Assembly: GCA_002633005.1 (NCBI GenBank)
Contig: NMRA01000109.1
Span: forward strand, 904,624 to 968,623
Length of the DNA: 64,000 bases
Direction of reading: 5' to 3'
Source: Phoronis australis
Taxonomy: Eukaryota; Animalia; Phoronida
Both the position numbers and the translations under genes were made by a program. The notes beneath the pieces are model-generated. The model was not told the origin of the DNA. It saw nothing but the letters and a program-made list of their open reading frames with translations, and searched no databases. Shown piece by piece: positions 38,091 to 52,027 of this stretch (positions within the stretch are counted from its first letter, which is position 1; each line of letters begins with the position of its first letter).

Positions 38091-41000
38091 CCGCACACCG
38101 GATCTTGAACTGCTGCCGAATATCCGGCAACTCAAGTCACAGGCAATGTGTGCCACTTTTGACTTCGCAATTTTAGGGTTGGCCAACTCCAACAAACTCT
38201 GAGGCGTTTTCTAAAGTCGCTCACGATTTTGAATTGTTCTTTATGGTAACAGAAACAGAATCCTATTGCCGTAAGGCAAGGAATATTATAAGACCGATTT
38301 TATGAGAATAAAAGGTCAAATTCCAGTTTCATTTTTGTAGCCTGCTCAGTGAGCTCTAGGCACCAGAATACTGGTTCCTATAGGGGAGCTGAATGAAGAA
38401 GGAGTAGCAATTTGTCTACTTGCTCATTGGTCAGCTAAACAATATTTTTAAAATTTGGTTTGCGCTTTGGCGTAGCTGCACGTGTAGAAGCATGGGCGTG
38501 AATACTCGTCAATACGGTAATCAAGGTTTTCGCGCTCAAAAAACGTGGGCGCAAAGAGTGTAGTGCACTTTTTGATGAAGACGGCATGACTAGGTCAGTT
38601 AACTGCAATCAACTGAGTATAAGCGGGGAGTGACCTAAATCTTTCTCGAAACTGGATTCCCATGGTAACTAGCTAGTGTAGACAAGATTGCAATGCAGAT
38701 GTCATTCTCCTTAATCATCAAGAGTCAGTACTTAAAATGCCGAGCATACCATTAGACCGCACTTTCCATCGACCTTGGCGTGGCCTTTTCACCGATAATT
38801 ATTTATAATAACCCCGATGTACGTTTCAGGCGCATCGAAATTTTTATCGAAAACAGAGATTTTTTTGGGTGCACATGTCATCATCTTTGCATTTCACCAA
38901 CCCAGAAAATGTAAGCAAAACAAACATTTATGATATAAACCATGAATTGCTTGTGTGTGCCACTTTTCCAAAACTGGTTGTACGTTCTGTTTATTGGCAT
39001 GCACTTTCATTATTCAATTTCGAAGAAATGAACGCAATCCATTCCCATACACGGGGTGGAGTGGCGGCGGCGACGGTTGCAAACGTACCCCACTACTGAC
39101 AGGTTCTCTCAAGGAACCGCTTATTTGCAATGACGTAAACCCCGTCCTGAGCCAGAACAGTTTCGTTTCTAAATCTTTCTGACTGTCCATAATGGCGAAT
39201 TTTCAAAATGCATTAACCATTAATTTTGGTTATAAACGAACACCACGACGGTATTCATTGGAAAAAACAACCAAGTACGGTTTTCGATTTTTAAAAATCG
39301 ATGAACTAATAGTCTAAAAACTACAACCATTGGGTACGGTTGAAGATAAACTACAGCGCGTATTGATATACTCGGTGGATATACACACGCTGATCAGAGT
39401 TAACAGTATCACATGGATTCATTTTTTAATATTCTTTCAATCTCTTTTTACCGGATTTTTGACCAGGAAACAGTTGTTGTGCCCACTTTTCATTTTTATC
39501 ACTGGCAAAGAGCTAGATTAGTTGTATAGTCAGTGCCACCGAAATTGTCCAGAGATTCCAAATCTTCAGTTTGGTTATCACCATATTTGCACTTTTGTAT
39601 ATATTTTATGATTTGAGTTCTAATAAAGATTAAACTTTAATGAAACGTGAAATGTTTAGTGTACCTGTAATGTGGTAAGTTTAGGGATGGGCTCACAATG
39701 AACTTAACTAATAAAGTTTAGCTGGCGATCAAAATCTACCACTGTTTTGGTACTTCAAGTTCAAAACTTAGATAAAAAGTTATCAACCCGTTCCCAGTAA
39801 GAAAAAAAAAACAACAAGTGGGCAGAAGCATTAAAAATTAAGTAAAGAAAACCGATATGAAACTTATTGTTCCTTTGTGAAGTGGCCCTTTGTGAAGATA
39901 AACACAAGTTTTAACCTTTTGTAATATTTATAATGAACCAAGTTAAAATTACTCTCCAGAGTTGCAGGCTATAACTCTGCAAATTTCAGAGAAAACCAAA
40001 TTGGGGGTAACAACAACCGTTGTTGAGACAGTAATGCTAGCAATTACCTTTCCACTTCATTAGCTCAGATCTCCTTCAATACAAAGGGTGTGCTGAATAG
40101 GCATAGTAAACGTTGTCTGGGGCTTAAGGAATCAGAGCGGTCACCAGTATAAGCGAGTAATTCTCCACATGTTGGCTGTGTGATCACATGCTAATTCAGT
40201 GTTTGCTGACAGAAAGCTGTTGTGAAACAATATCTCGATTGTATATCCTATGGTCAGATGTTAGGGGAATCTTTATTTAGATATTCATATACATGTACAT
40301 TATTCGAATCATTGCTCCTGTGCAACTTTTGCCCTGACGGTTTTGCTGTGGAAGGGTAACCTGACTTGGTGGCCTCAGACGAGCTAGTAAGTAGATTTGC
40401 AGTTTTGCGTCTAATTCACCAAAATAATCACGTGCACATTATTTCTTTGGCTCACTAGTATAGTCTTTTCGTGACTGGAAGTTTAGTTTCTAACTTCGGC
40501 TGGTTTATGTTCGTGAAGTCTTCTGGCCGGCCGCCACGGGCCTGACCGGGTTCCGAGCCACTGACCGGGATAACCAGCGTTTTTGTGTGTTTAGAACTGA
40601 AAAAAAATCGCAAGTCTGTATTTCACGGACGAATTTATCACCGAACAGGTCCCAAAACTCCTGCGACCGACCTTGGTAAATTGGCCTACCTAACTTTGTA
40701 GGCTAGGTACGTTCCAATACATAATCCGTAACAGCGACATAAAACAACAGATTTGTTCAATAACTCGATGTATTTGTAAGTGTTTTACTTCGAATGTTTT
40801 TGATTTATTGGTGTAAAACGATAAATTCAACCGATAAGCTGACACCAGTAAGCGTGTTGTGAACTGCTGAACAGACTGCGTTCGAACCTCTGACGTCATT
40901 GGTTAATTTCAACACTTCCGTCTGCCGTCATGTGTCAGGTAAAAGAACCGTACTTGCTGTTATCGAGTGGAACTACGCGATCTAAATTGATATAAAATAT

Positions 41001-41319
41001 GTTGTTTTAGGGTAGCATTCTCCTTTAAAGTTACTCTTTTCACTTCTCTTCAGTGAAAAACGAATTTGAATTCTGAAATGATTCTACAACTAATTAAATA
41101 TTTTCAAAATCACCAGACTTAAATATAGAATTTTCAAAACAATTTTTGAATTTCTGGTGCTTCACCAACAAAATGGCTGCCATCGTTCACAACTTCGCTC
41201 TCTATGCATTGCCAATTAAAAAACACAATGTCCTTAAAGTGATCTGAAAACATTGCTAGAGTATACAGGAGTCAGTGGGACGTAGCCCCACGAAATCTCT
41301 CCGTTTACCAAGGAACGCT

Positions 41320-41743
41320 TAGTACCTGGGGGTCCTCCAAAGTTTTGAGAAGAATTGGGTGTCAGAAATAGGAGAAGAGGTGCAAACAGGGTGAAGAGAA
41401 ATATACAGTGGTTCCAGCAGGATGGTGCTACCCCTCATACAGCCACTGGCACTCTGGACTAGCTGGACACCAAGTTCCCTGGTCTTCTCATCAGCCCTAG
41501 GCGCAATCTAGAATGGGCGCCTCATTACCCTGCTCTGAACCCCCAGATTTTTGCTTTTGGGGATATCTTAATGACAAGGTATACAAGGACAACCCCAGGA
41601 CCATTCCAGATCTCAAGGAAGCAATCACCAGAGAATTCCAAGCAATATCAAAGGAGGAGTGCTGCAGTATCATGAATCACTTTGCTCGGAGAATCCAAGT
41701 GTGCCTCCAGCAGAACGGCTCCCATCTGGAGCATATTATGTAA
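41320..41743 (+). pseudogene. Tc1/mariner-superfamily transposase C-terminal relic
   Basis: WFQQDGATPHTA (41409), a WAP..P.LNPPDFCFWGYLNDKVY-like motif, and CLQQNGSHLEHI; contains a stop and a frameshift. Confidence 0.85.
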
Positions 41744-43099
41744 ATGACGATTACTTTGTAGCCAGTAAAGCTGGAGACTTCTAGTTTTCGGTATTAGATT
41801 TCTTATCTTCTCTAGTTTCCCACAATGTATGGTTTATATACATGGTGTGTACAAAAGGTGTACTCACACTTTATCCGGTATCATAAACTCGTGTCCGTAC
41901 AATGTATATAAATTCATTAAACTAATATACCGGTATTTCAAAAAAAATATACCGAACAACTTGTTATGTTTTCTCAGCTTTTCAACTTGTTCCTGTACGC
42001 GTTTACTCGTCTAAATGGCGTTTGTTGTATGGTTGACCTATGAGAGATAATACGACCTTCATAACAGAAATAGAATTGATGGGTTGACTGATTGATGATT
42101 TCGATTCCGAATTGCTGAACACTAAATTTATAGCCCTCAGAATACCTGAAAACGTTGGGGACCTCTGTTGTATAATTTGAGGTTATTCTTAGAATTGAGT
42201 AAATATTCTAAGTAAGCTTTAACCTGTCTGCTTTTCCTCCTTCAAAAGGATTGTTTCGAAGAATTTTCAAGCGTGGTAATTTCAAAAAGAAACTACTGGG
42301 TTAGTTCTAGGAAGCAGGTTTCCGGGTTAATTTCAAAGTGTAACTGGGATATTTTTCTAAGAATTGAACTGTACATATTAACCCATGAGACATAAGGGGC
42401 TCAGCTTGGTATTGTTGTATTTCCCGGTATTATTGATTGTCTTGGGCGTGATCTGCACGGAAAGCGGATTTATTGGACATAATAATTAGAGTTCGTGGAA
42501 GACAGGGAATTTATTTATCATTTCCTTTTCACACACTGAGTGTGAAAGCCACTGGCTTCCCTCAGCTGCTGCTAGGAACCAGTGACTGGTTCCTAGGCTG
42601 CTCCAAGTTCACGTGTGTACTCTCGTTGTCACCTACCTGTCACAAATGGTTCCATGTCGTACCGAATTGCCATCTTTCGTGAAACAGGGGCCTGTTTCAT
42701 TGAAATGTTGTAACGTTGCTACGTCTTTTCTAATACCAATGTGTTATACTACACTCAAGTTTTTAACATAGAGTCTAAATCAAGGCTTACAACTAGTCAT
42801 TACAAATTTCGACAAAAGCTTTTGTTTGGACTCTCGTAAACTTGCGCCATTTCAATAAAAGAAACAGGCCCGTGGAAATAGAAATTTTCATTGCGGTTTT
42901 TATAACTAAAGACACTATCAACCACGTTCTAGCTGATGTTGAATATGTCGGCATATAGGGATCCTCTGCTTGAATTAAAATTGGTTAGTAATAAATCGCC
43001 TGTTATTCCCCTGGCGGTCATACTGAAATTAACCCGACGTGACCATCATTTGTATTGTATCTGATCTGACGCAATGACAACCTTTTAGTTCTTCTCAAA

Positions 43100-44580
43100 C
43101 TCAAAACTTTATTTCCATGATGAAACATTTATTAACTCAAACAACCAGTACATAGTTGTGCAACAATATGAAATCTAGTTAAGTGTACATCAAACAAATT
43201 ACGAACGTTATCGGACCCTATAAAAGCTAGTTAGGCGAAAAAGAAGACCACCTTGCCTGAAATCTCTCAAGATCCAATTTATCATTGTAAATATTTTTTT
43301 CAGGTTGTAGTAATCACATACCTCACGTAAAAATGACTGAAAATTGGGCTTAGCCTTTTGTAGTCTTTGTCTATATAAATGAAATTTCGCTAAGCAAAGA
43401 ATTAAATTTACAACTTCTAATCTACAGGCTGGGTTTCCAAACAAGGCGGAAGACATATTTAACTGCAGAGGGAAATTGCACTGATCCATGTTTTTAAACA
43501 TCCTCAAAACTTCTGAACAAGTGAACATTCCCAATACAAATGTAGAATTGTGTCTTCATGTTGCTCACAGAAAGAACACAAAGACGATTCACTAACACCT
43601 ATTTTCTTTAAATAAGAGTTTGTACCAATAAGTCTGTGGTTGATACGGAATTTAAACCATCTGAGTCTGACATCGGAAGTACAATGATAAATTACAGAAT
43701 GAATTTTTTCCAAGATTGAGTATCATCGCATAAGTTAATTTCTCTCTCCCACTTCAATTCTGCGACATGGTTTACATACAATTTAGAAATGAATAATTCA
43801 TAGATTTTCCCCGTCCCTTTATTTTCCGAGGAGATTCGAAAAATATGTTCTGGAAAAAGTGGAGTGACTATAGTACCCTTGTCTTTTAGATGATTCCAAG
43901 AACGAAGTAATGAACTTCGAATTCCATAAAAATGAGTAATACAAGGACAACATTGAAAACGTGTACAAAAGGTATGATAATCATAAATATAGCCTTTATC
44001 AGGGTCAATTAAATCAATGAAATTTTGGGGTTATACCTCAAAGGTTGGTACAAAGGATCATCTATCTCACACAGATTGATAAATTCGTATAAGATATAAA
44101 AAATATCCTTCCAAAAATATTCTTAGTACGGTTAGATGCTTCAAGGAAAAAACAAGAACCTAACTGAAAAGAGTCATTTTTTATATTAGGAATAATTTCA
44201 CATAAAATATTTAGCCAAGGAGAAGTATTGTTATAATAATTTTTGAAGAATCTTCGAATCCAAGTTAGTTTAATAGCTTTGACAAATGACGCAATATGGA
44301 CCATATTCCCACCTCCATCTTCAGATTTCTGTACCATGGTTTTTCTAGAGATTCTATCAGAAGAGGTACCCCATATAAAATTAAAAAAATATTTTTTCAA
44401 TGTCCTTAAAATGTAGCACTTGGAAGAGGAAGTATGTAAAAAAAGTGAATCAGTTTTGGTAATAAAAAAGATTTGACAACCGTTATCTTACTAGTTTAAG
44501 TGAATCATGTCCTGTAAGTTGACAGAGAAGGTAATTCCAAGAGATGTGAACTGGGAACTTGCCCATTTTAAATCTTTTTC
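43100..44580 (-). mobile_element. 5'-truncated Tx1/L1-clade LINE relic (RT C-terminus and zf-RVT)
   Basis: LGITFSVNL, KITVVKSFLLPKLIH, FFNFIW..DRISRK, GGGNM, LRWFKFRINHRLIGTN..CSFCEQHEDTILHLYWEC, LAKFHLYRQR; frameshifted. Confidence 0.88.
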
Positions 44581-45423
44581 ACAGCAAAACTTTAACGAAT
44601 ACACTCAACTCACTGGCACTTCCCACGCATTGCCTTGGAAATATACTAATTCTACCACGACTCGAATCTTGCATTTTCCTAAAGAATGGCACCAGTGCAC
44701 GTACTCATAGATTTACTCACGTTGATACGAGAAATCTGTTTGTTTTGAGGATTGGCCTTGTTGGCACTCCCGTTCCTCTTATCGACCCGACTCAGCATAC
44801 CAAGGTCATAGTATCGTGTACAATCTTTACAATGTCTTTACCCTCTTGTTGTGGTGATAATTAACAGAAAACCTAAGGCGCCTTAAACCTGCGTATATAT
44901 TTTGAGCTACAAAAATCATAAGTCGTTTTAGTTTCTGTTATTGTTTTTGAAAATGGAGTCGGAAGTGGGGTATTTTTCAGTTGCTCAGTTTTTCTAAAAG
45001 AAAAACCACCTGAGACGAGCAAAAATGATGCAGGGTTTGTTTGTTTTTCTTATCTTTTGGGAAATCGTGTCATTTTAAACCTTCTACCATAATTCAGTTA
45101 CGTACTTTTGTGCAGCGTTTCAAAAAACACACGAAATCTTGGCTGGTATAAAAATGAATCGGAGCTAAGTCCAGAACCAACTTTTGCTTTTTTGCCTAAA
45201 CGGGCGACCGCTGGCCGAGCTCAAACCATTCGCTGAGTGATCGATGTCTGTGATGAAGAAATCGGTCCGGTGGCAAAAAAAAAATTTCTAACGGTGTCCA
45301 AAGTGCTGATTTTTATGCGACGTCCGGACGACGCTGCTTATAATCCAACCAACTGCCGGTCGACAAGACCATTTCAAGCGCGGAAACTTCTCGGATGAGC
45401 GTTGGGAGCTTCATGTGGCCGAG

Positions 45424-45576
45424 CCAATAGGAACTCAGACCAGTCATATAAATATGTTCCCTGCGTGCTCAGCCCAGCCAGCACGGCTACCGCCCCACCT
45501 AGCGGCACGCAGGGAACCAGCGAGATAAAGATGAATGACTAAAAGTTAAAATATCTTTTTACAGGAAGCAGTACGT
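45424..45576 (+). promoter_or_regulatory. Candidate promoter and first exon of MS4A-like paralog 1
   Basis: CCAAT 45424, TATAAAA 45447, possible donor GCA|gtacgt at 45570/1. Confidence 0.35.
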
Positions 45577-46117
45577 ACCGGCAACAATTGCATAAAGTAG
45601 CTACGGGGATTCGGACCGATTGATATGACGCCAAGATATAATTCGTTCTAGCGCTTTCTGTATTTAACTCTTATTATTGTAAGTTGTATTTTTCATAACA
45701 AACATTAAAAAAAACCCCGTCAAGTTCCATATTGTTCCACGGCGTGCATTTTCCTTAAGTTTCCATCACTAGGGCACGATTCAACTTGTAGCTGTAATAT
45801 CAGGAAGGCATTACCAGCCACTGTGGTAACGCCTTCCTGCTAATACCAATGTCAGTCAGTGACTGGAATTTTGAAGAAAATTACATAATCATGCCGCCAA
45901 ACAAGTAGTCTTTTCTCATTACCAACACGTTAACAAATACAAACTCAAACTGCCTCCAAACTTGGCCTATATGCAGAACTGAAATTTTGACAGTCCTGCT
46001 GTTCAGCGCCACCAGTCAGCCAAGGAGCTCTCATTTTACGACCTTCCATCTTGCACCACCATGCACTACTTTCCACGATCGTGTCATGTTCCAGATGGTG
46101 CTCATGTTAGATCTAAT

Positions 46118-47322
46118 CATAGGGGGATTTAGGGGGAGGGGGCAGGGGGGCCCCGGCCCCCACCCTTAGCTGCCGCAAAATAATAAAACAGCAAGAGCGT
46201 AGGGAAATGTTGAGTTTATTAATTAACACCGGTAATTAACAGTATACGACTGCAACAAGATTGAAATGTGTGCAGTTTTAGTCTGTTTGTGGGGGGGGGG
46301 GGGTTAGATCCAATTTCAAGTGTCAAATTCGGAACACGGCGCAATCGTAACAGAACTATGGCTAAGTGTAGGCTCTCCCGCAATATCCCAGACGACCGGC
46401 AGTGGCGCTGCGCACTACGACTCCGTTTCCGTCGTCTGCTTCACTGTGCAATGAAGAAAAATTACTTCATTTTTTAAAGAAATTTTAATCTGAGTGACGA
46501 TGAAAAAACAGAAGCTGCTGGTAAGATGCGAATTTTAATCGAAACCTTAGTGAATCACTCAGAAATTCATAATTCTCGCTTTGTCAAACCTTAACTTAAG
46601 ACGATTTCCAAAGCAATCGCGTGATTAATGCCAACACAAAAAACGGATTTGGTCTCTTGGGCAATTGAAAACTATTTTGAATACAACAAATTTGTTACGA
46701 ACTGATTGGACAGAATATAAAAAGTGTCATAAGCATTACAAAAAGAAGTAGGTTTCGCGCGCAAACGCTGTGGACCATAAACAAGNCGTTGTTCAATGCT
46801 AGTCGCTGATCTCTTGTGTTCAACCCATGATGTCACATGGCGGGAAATGTGAAAATTGGCAAAATTGAAAGAGAAATCAAAATTTCGAGCTAATAACACA
46901 AAAAAATCATGGATTTGGCTTAATTTTATGTCATACACTTAGTCTGTGACCACCGGTAATTCGAAATGTGCAAAAATCCATGGTGTGTACTGTTTAAGAG
47001 TGAAATCGTGGTGGTGCAGTGGTAGAGCACGCGCTCTCTCTTCGCCAGGTCGTGAATTCGAGTCTGTGGTAATTGCAGTTTTTCAAGTTTGACACGTTCT
47101 CCGTGTTTTTTTTTCTTTGCCTTTTCTCTTGGATAATACTTCAGGAATCAAGGAAATGCTTGATTTTTAGAGGAAAAAACAGAAAAATTTTCCTGGAGGG
47201 AGGGGGGAAAACCACCTCCCGACCTTCCCACATTAGGTGCTATGCGCATCTACAATCGTGCTTTGCGCAAATGTTTACAGACAAAATGTTGCCCCCCCTG
47301 TGATATCCTAGATCCGCCACTG
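46118..47322. mobile_element. hAT-like MITE with nested insertions, including a tRNA-derived SINE head
   Basis: CATAGGGGGATTTAG...TAGATCCGCCACTG; perfect 5-bp TSD CTAAT. Confidence 0.62.
47008..47066 (+). mobile_element. tRNA-derived SINE head / pseudo-tRNA
   Basis: A box TGGTGCAGTGG and B-box-like AATTCGAGTC; no acceptor stem. Confidence 0.45.
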
Positions 47323-48193
47323 CTAATACAAATCATGTTTTAAATCTATTGCTTCATCGTGGAACTGTCAGTGTAGCAAAGAACTAATTTGGTACTATAA
47401 AATCTTCCCTTTTTCGCTTTTCATGGTCTTCTAATGTTATTTCGGCAATTTTTAAAAATATAGTTTGATGGTAGCTATGGTGCAGAACCTGAACATGGTA
47501 AATCAATGATTTGTTGCTACATATCGTTTATGAAAAATGACAAAATAAAATTTCACTTGTCCAACATCTTGTATCAAAATCTGTGAGACTTTATCGTGCA
47601 CGAAATAAAATCTCCACTTCCAGTTCAAGCGAACGAATAAAAGATGCCCCTTCCAGAAGAATTATTATTTAGCAGGTAAAACGTTGATGCACATGACACC
47701 ATTTTCAAGAGATCGGAAATTCAGAAAGAAGACGGCTTGCTCGGTTTGCGAATATCGCTGTGCTTAGTGAATCGAGGCTCCGACGCGCGAAGAAATCGCT
47801 GGGAAGACCACCTCAGTAGCCCAATTAGATGAACTTCAATCATTGGCGTTACTGTAAAGATAATCTTTATGGCAGTAATCCATTGTTCCTCTTAACACAT
47901 GAGATCGAGTTCAGGCAAATCCTGTCGACGCTTGCAAAACAGACTCTTCTGAACTTAACAGTTCGACTACGGGGACACATGCTCCGTCGCAGTGTGATTC
48001 ATGATCTCTGCGTGTCCTGAATGCTAAATTTTTAATTTGGTGTAGAGCTACTGAGCATCCATTATTAAATAAAATCTCATTTCATGTCCATAACTTTAAT
48101 TTCTTGTGTGTTATTTCATCTTTTCAAGTGTTACCTTTTCGAAACCTCAGTTAATACTTGAATTTGTCATTTTTCCTCTAGATTGTCATCACA

Positions 48194-48604
48194 ATGGCTG
48201 AAGAAGTTCCCAACTACAACGCTGGCATGGGAAAAGGTCTGGGCATAGCGCACATAGTCCTCGGAGGGATTTGTTTCGTGTGCGGTATTGTCGTTCTCGT
48301 AATTTACGGCACTTTGTGGTCCTATATCACTGGAGCCTGCGAAATATGGTTGCCGATAATTTTCATCGCCACCGGAATTCTGGGTGTAGCAGCTTCGCGT
48401 TCGTCCACCAGGAATTTGATAATGGCTTACATGGTGCTTTCCATTATTTCTTGTGTGGGCTCGCTCGGACTGTTCGTAGCTGGATGTCGCTTTGCACCTC
48501 TTCTCAGCGTTCACATTGCAATTTTGATTTTCGGCTTTGCAGAATTTGTCGTCGCCGTAATGTCATCCGTCATCACTGGTCGTGCGGTTTGCAGCAACCA
48601 GTAA
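48194..48604 (+). CDS. MS4A/CD20-like four-transmembrane protein, paralog 1 (136 aa)
   Basis: Four hydrophobic segments with LGIAHIVLG, EIWLPIIFIATGILGVAA and MVLSIIS motifs typical of the CD20-like family. Acceptor ttcctctag just upstream of the ATG; AATAAA at 48936. Confidence 0.8.
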   Translation: MAEEVPNYNAGMGKGLGIAHIVLGGICFVCGIVVLVIYGTLWSYITGACEIWLPIIFIATGILGVAASRSSTRNLIMAYMVLSIISCVGSLGLFVAGCRFAPLLSVHIAILIFGFAEFVVAVMSSVITGRAVCSNQ

Positions 48605-49934
48605 TTTACAGAATGCCGACTGTCTTCTCGGAACAATTAATGTAAAATGCACTCAACATATAAAACGCTTGGGATTTGTCGAACTATTATGTTCATCTGT
48701 AGATCACTAAAACATGTTAACAAGAACTTGTCTTGATAAAGGGAACTCAGGCTTGTAAATCAGTGAACATACATAACATTCATTTAGATAAGTGCCAGAT
48801 TATGTAGCCAGAGCAAAGGCAAAGGGTAAATTGCAACGGACCTCCTCCAAGAGGCGTGCCTTTTAGGAGGAGAGTCACATAACAAAGAATATTGTTTTGA
48901 AATGGCGGAAGCGTGACAGCTGATTCTATTATGTTAATAAAAACAACGATGGTTTGAAATCGACTTGATTCTATAGTCGAGACACTCTGAGATCACAGAA
49001 ACGGCACTGTAGCGTCAAGTTATTAAACCATTAGATTTCATCCGAGTTATAACAGTCTACAAGAGAAACAATTGGTGTGGAGGGAGTGAACAGAAATTTC
49101 CCACAAAGTTCTTTCCCAGAAGGCGTTTCTTGCATGTGCCACTCAGACGGATGACTTTTGCTTGACCAGTTTCTCCATGAAGGGTGGCGTTCCCGATTTG
49201 TTATCAAGCAAAAGAGTTCAATCTATGGGGTAAAAACTCTACAAAAGAGTCTCTTTTCAACAGAACGCGCAGGTGGGCACAGTTATCAAGTTAGGTATGC
49301 GTTTAACAAAGACTGCTGTGTGTATGAAAGATTGTTTTCGAAGCGGCCGCAAACCTGTCAATCGTCACAAAAACCAATTTCGATCTAGGTCCGTAACCGT
49401 TCATTGTAAAATTGGTCTAGAGTTGTTCTTTAGCCGATAAAAGTATTTTTCTTGCCGTTGGAAAGAACTGACAATTTGCTTCTGCCTCAGACCACGCCCT
49501 GAAAGTTGACTAATTGCCACGACGTGCCATTTTATTCGCCGAACACGATCTCAAAGAATATCCAAGTGTTAATTCTTTGCAAGACCAAAAAGTCCCTTCT
49601 CATCTGAGTAAGAAACAAGCTGAAATCAATTCATAACGATATTAGTGGTCTAAATCTAAATTGACAAAAATTTCCACTTTTAAATTAAAATGTACCAAGT
49701 CTTAAGTACCGTTGTGCTTCTAATGATAGACTCAACTGGTTTCAATTACGTACATAAATTAATTCGTGCAAACTCTTAAAGTTGTGAGTTTCGCCAATTG
49801 TCTTTGCACTCTTACTGCGAGCAAAAGAAAGAATCGATATATTTGAAATGTTGACTTGTCACTACGTGCCATTATAGTTGCCGGGCATGATCTCAAAGAA
49901 AAAACAATTGTAAGTTCTTTGCAAGATCAAAGAG

Positions 49935-50095
49935 GTCTTATATTAATTAGTACAAACTCTTACTTACACAAAAGTGTTGGTGTTTGCGAGTTGCCTTCTC
50001 ATTTTTACTGTGAGCTGAAGAAAGAAACATTGTTACATTCATACTCGGAATGTTCATTTGTTCAGGAATTTCGACATCGTTTAGAATCATAGCTG
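49935..50095 (+). mobile_element. Small Tx1/L1 zf-RVT relic
   Basis: TNSYLHK...YCELKKETLLHSYSECSFVQEF resembles the element at 43.5 kb. Confidence 0.5.
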
Positions 50096-51888
50096 ATGGA
50101 CCAGTCTAATCTGCCTTGTTTGTATTTTCACCCTATTAAATTAATGCTCTGCTTAGAAAAATGCTAAACTCGATTTTCATGTATTCTTGCGTGAAGCTTT
50201 TTGAATATAGCAACCTGGAACATTTTATTAACTATTTAAGTTGACTCCTGAAACCTGTGTTTTACACAGGGTTTAGTACTACAAATGTGTTTATTTGAAT
50301 TAGGTTGTTGTTCCTGGAACTGTTGGATGATGCAGCAAACTTCCTGTTAAAAATGTAGCGGAAAAAACACATGCGTCATGGAGGCCTATAATCGCACAAG
50401 CACTTAACAAACGTGTCCCATTCAAGAACACTAATTCTCTAGACACGTTGAGTATATCGTACTCCGACGCTTTGAAAGGATGCGTATCCCAACACTGTAA
50501 TATTCCAGAGGTACTGGTGCATCTGTAAAAATAGTGAAGCGCTTATCCACCGTAAAGCTGGATACAAAAGCGGAAACATAGGACTACAACTAGCACGCTG
50601 CTTTTTACTGTGAGTAATGGAATTTCATTTCGTCCACATCGCCACTGAAAAAATTACTAACAAACTTTTGTTACAAATTAATGCAAGTGATTGACTCAAA
50701 ACTATACACATTTCCGCAAGATCGTCGATTAACGACACATTCAATTTTTCTGGGACAATTTGCAGAAGAGCGCAAGTCTGATCTTCGGCTGTCAAACGTT
50801 TACATCCCGTTCTGCGTTATCGGGTTCGTATGCAACGTTCAGAAACCACTCTTATGCACTGTCCTCCTAAACGGTGTTAGGAATTATTTTCAAAACTGTC
50901 CACTTTTGCATGAGAGGCTATCAAAAATAACTGTTAAGATTATAATAAAAAATGAAAAATTGCATAAAACGAAAAGAAATTAATACTTTAGAAAACTGCA
51001 GCTGCTTTTTGAGATTTTCATCTTGAAAATTTACATCGAACGAAATTTAGTCACGGTAATGATATCGCTGTTTTTCTATAGATGTAATTTTCTTCTTTGT
51101 TAAATTTTAGTTTAAAAAGACATGATCACGAGATCCAAAGGATAACAGACTAGTATAAAGTCAAACATCAGATTCTACAAGCTTTCTGCTCTCATAAAAT
51201 ATAAATATATTTACTGATACTTGGCTAAATACACCGACTCGTCGATGATGTCCAACAAAGACTTTTATCAAAACGCATCATAAATACTAAGAAGTGGACA
51301 TGTGGCCCAGTGTTAGTTGACCTGAATTTTAATCGACGCTAATTTTCAGGCCAAAGAAGTTATTCGCAGCAACTATGAGAACAGATCATTTCTTTAAAGT
51401 TACATTTAAATTAAAAATCTTATCTTTCAACTGTTAATTTAAAAGTAACAAAATTTCCACAACTAAAAATCATTAAATGCACAGTCCTCAGGAAAAGTGC
51501 TCCTATTCGGAATGGATTCAACACCTCGTTGAGACTTGTACATGAAGAGCCACACGTGAATCAATGAGATGAATGAGCAATGTTTGGTATTGATGCTGTA
51601 AAGGTGAATACCGTTGGTCCTTAATTTCGGGTAGAAATTAAGCAAGAAGAACACCGAGGTCCTGGACAGGACCGCTTTGTTTCACTCCTCAAACAGAACT
51701 AGTCAACGCACAGCAGGACACAACCCACGTAAAACCCATTTCTGGTTTACCTAACAATGATTAGTATACAAAGCCAAGGTGATCCAATGTTTACATGAAA
51801 ATAGCGAGAGTTGCGAGAATCACAGCCACAATAACTAAAACAGCATTGCATTCAGAACACTGATTTTCTAAGAATCTTCCAATGACAC

Positions 51889-52027
51889 GATTGGCTACTT
51901 AGGAAAAGGGAGCGACCGACTGATTGGAGGCGAGGTGGCCGAGAGGCCTATAAAGAGGTAAACTTTCCAGTTGCGTTATCTTCAACATACCTGACCGCGA
52001 AGGATTCGGGCTTTGAGGAAGGTGAAC
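51889..52027 (+). promoter_or_regulatory. Candidate promoter and non-coding first exon of MS4A-like paralog 2
   Basis: Two inverted CCAAT boxes (ATTGG ~51890 and ~51923), TATAAAG at 51949, donor AAG|gtgaac at ~52021. The link to the 57.6 kb exon is inference. Confidence 0.45.

Noticed and set aside
47008-47066. Functional tRNA gene
   Set aside because: No acceptor stem, degenerate B box, and embedded in a MITE.
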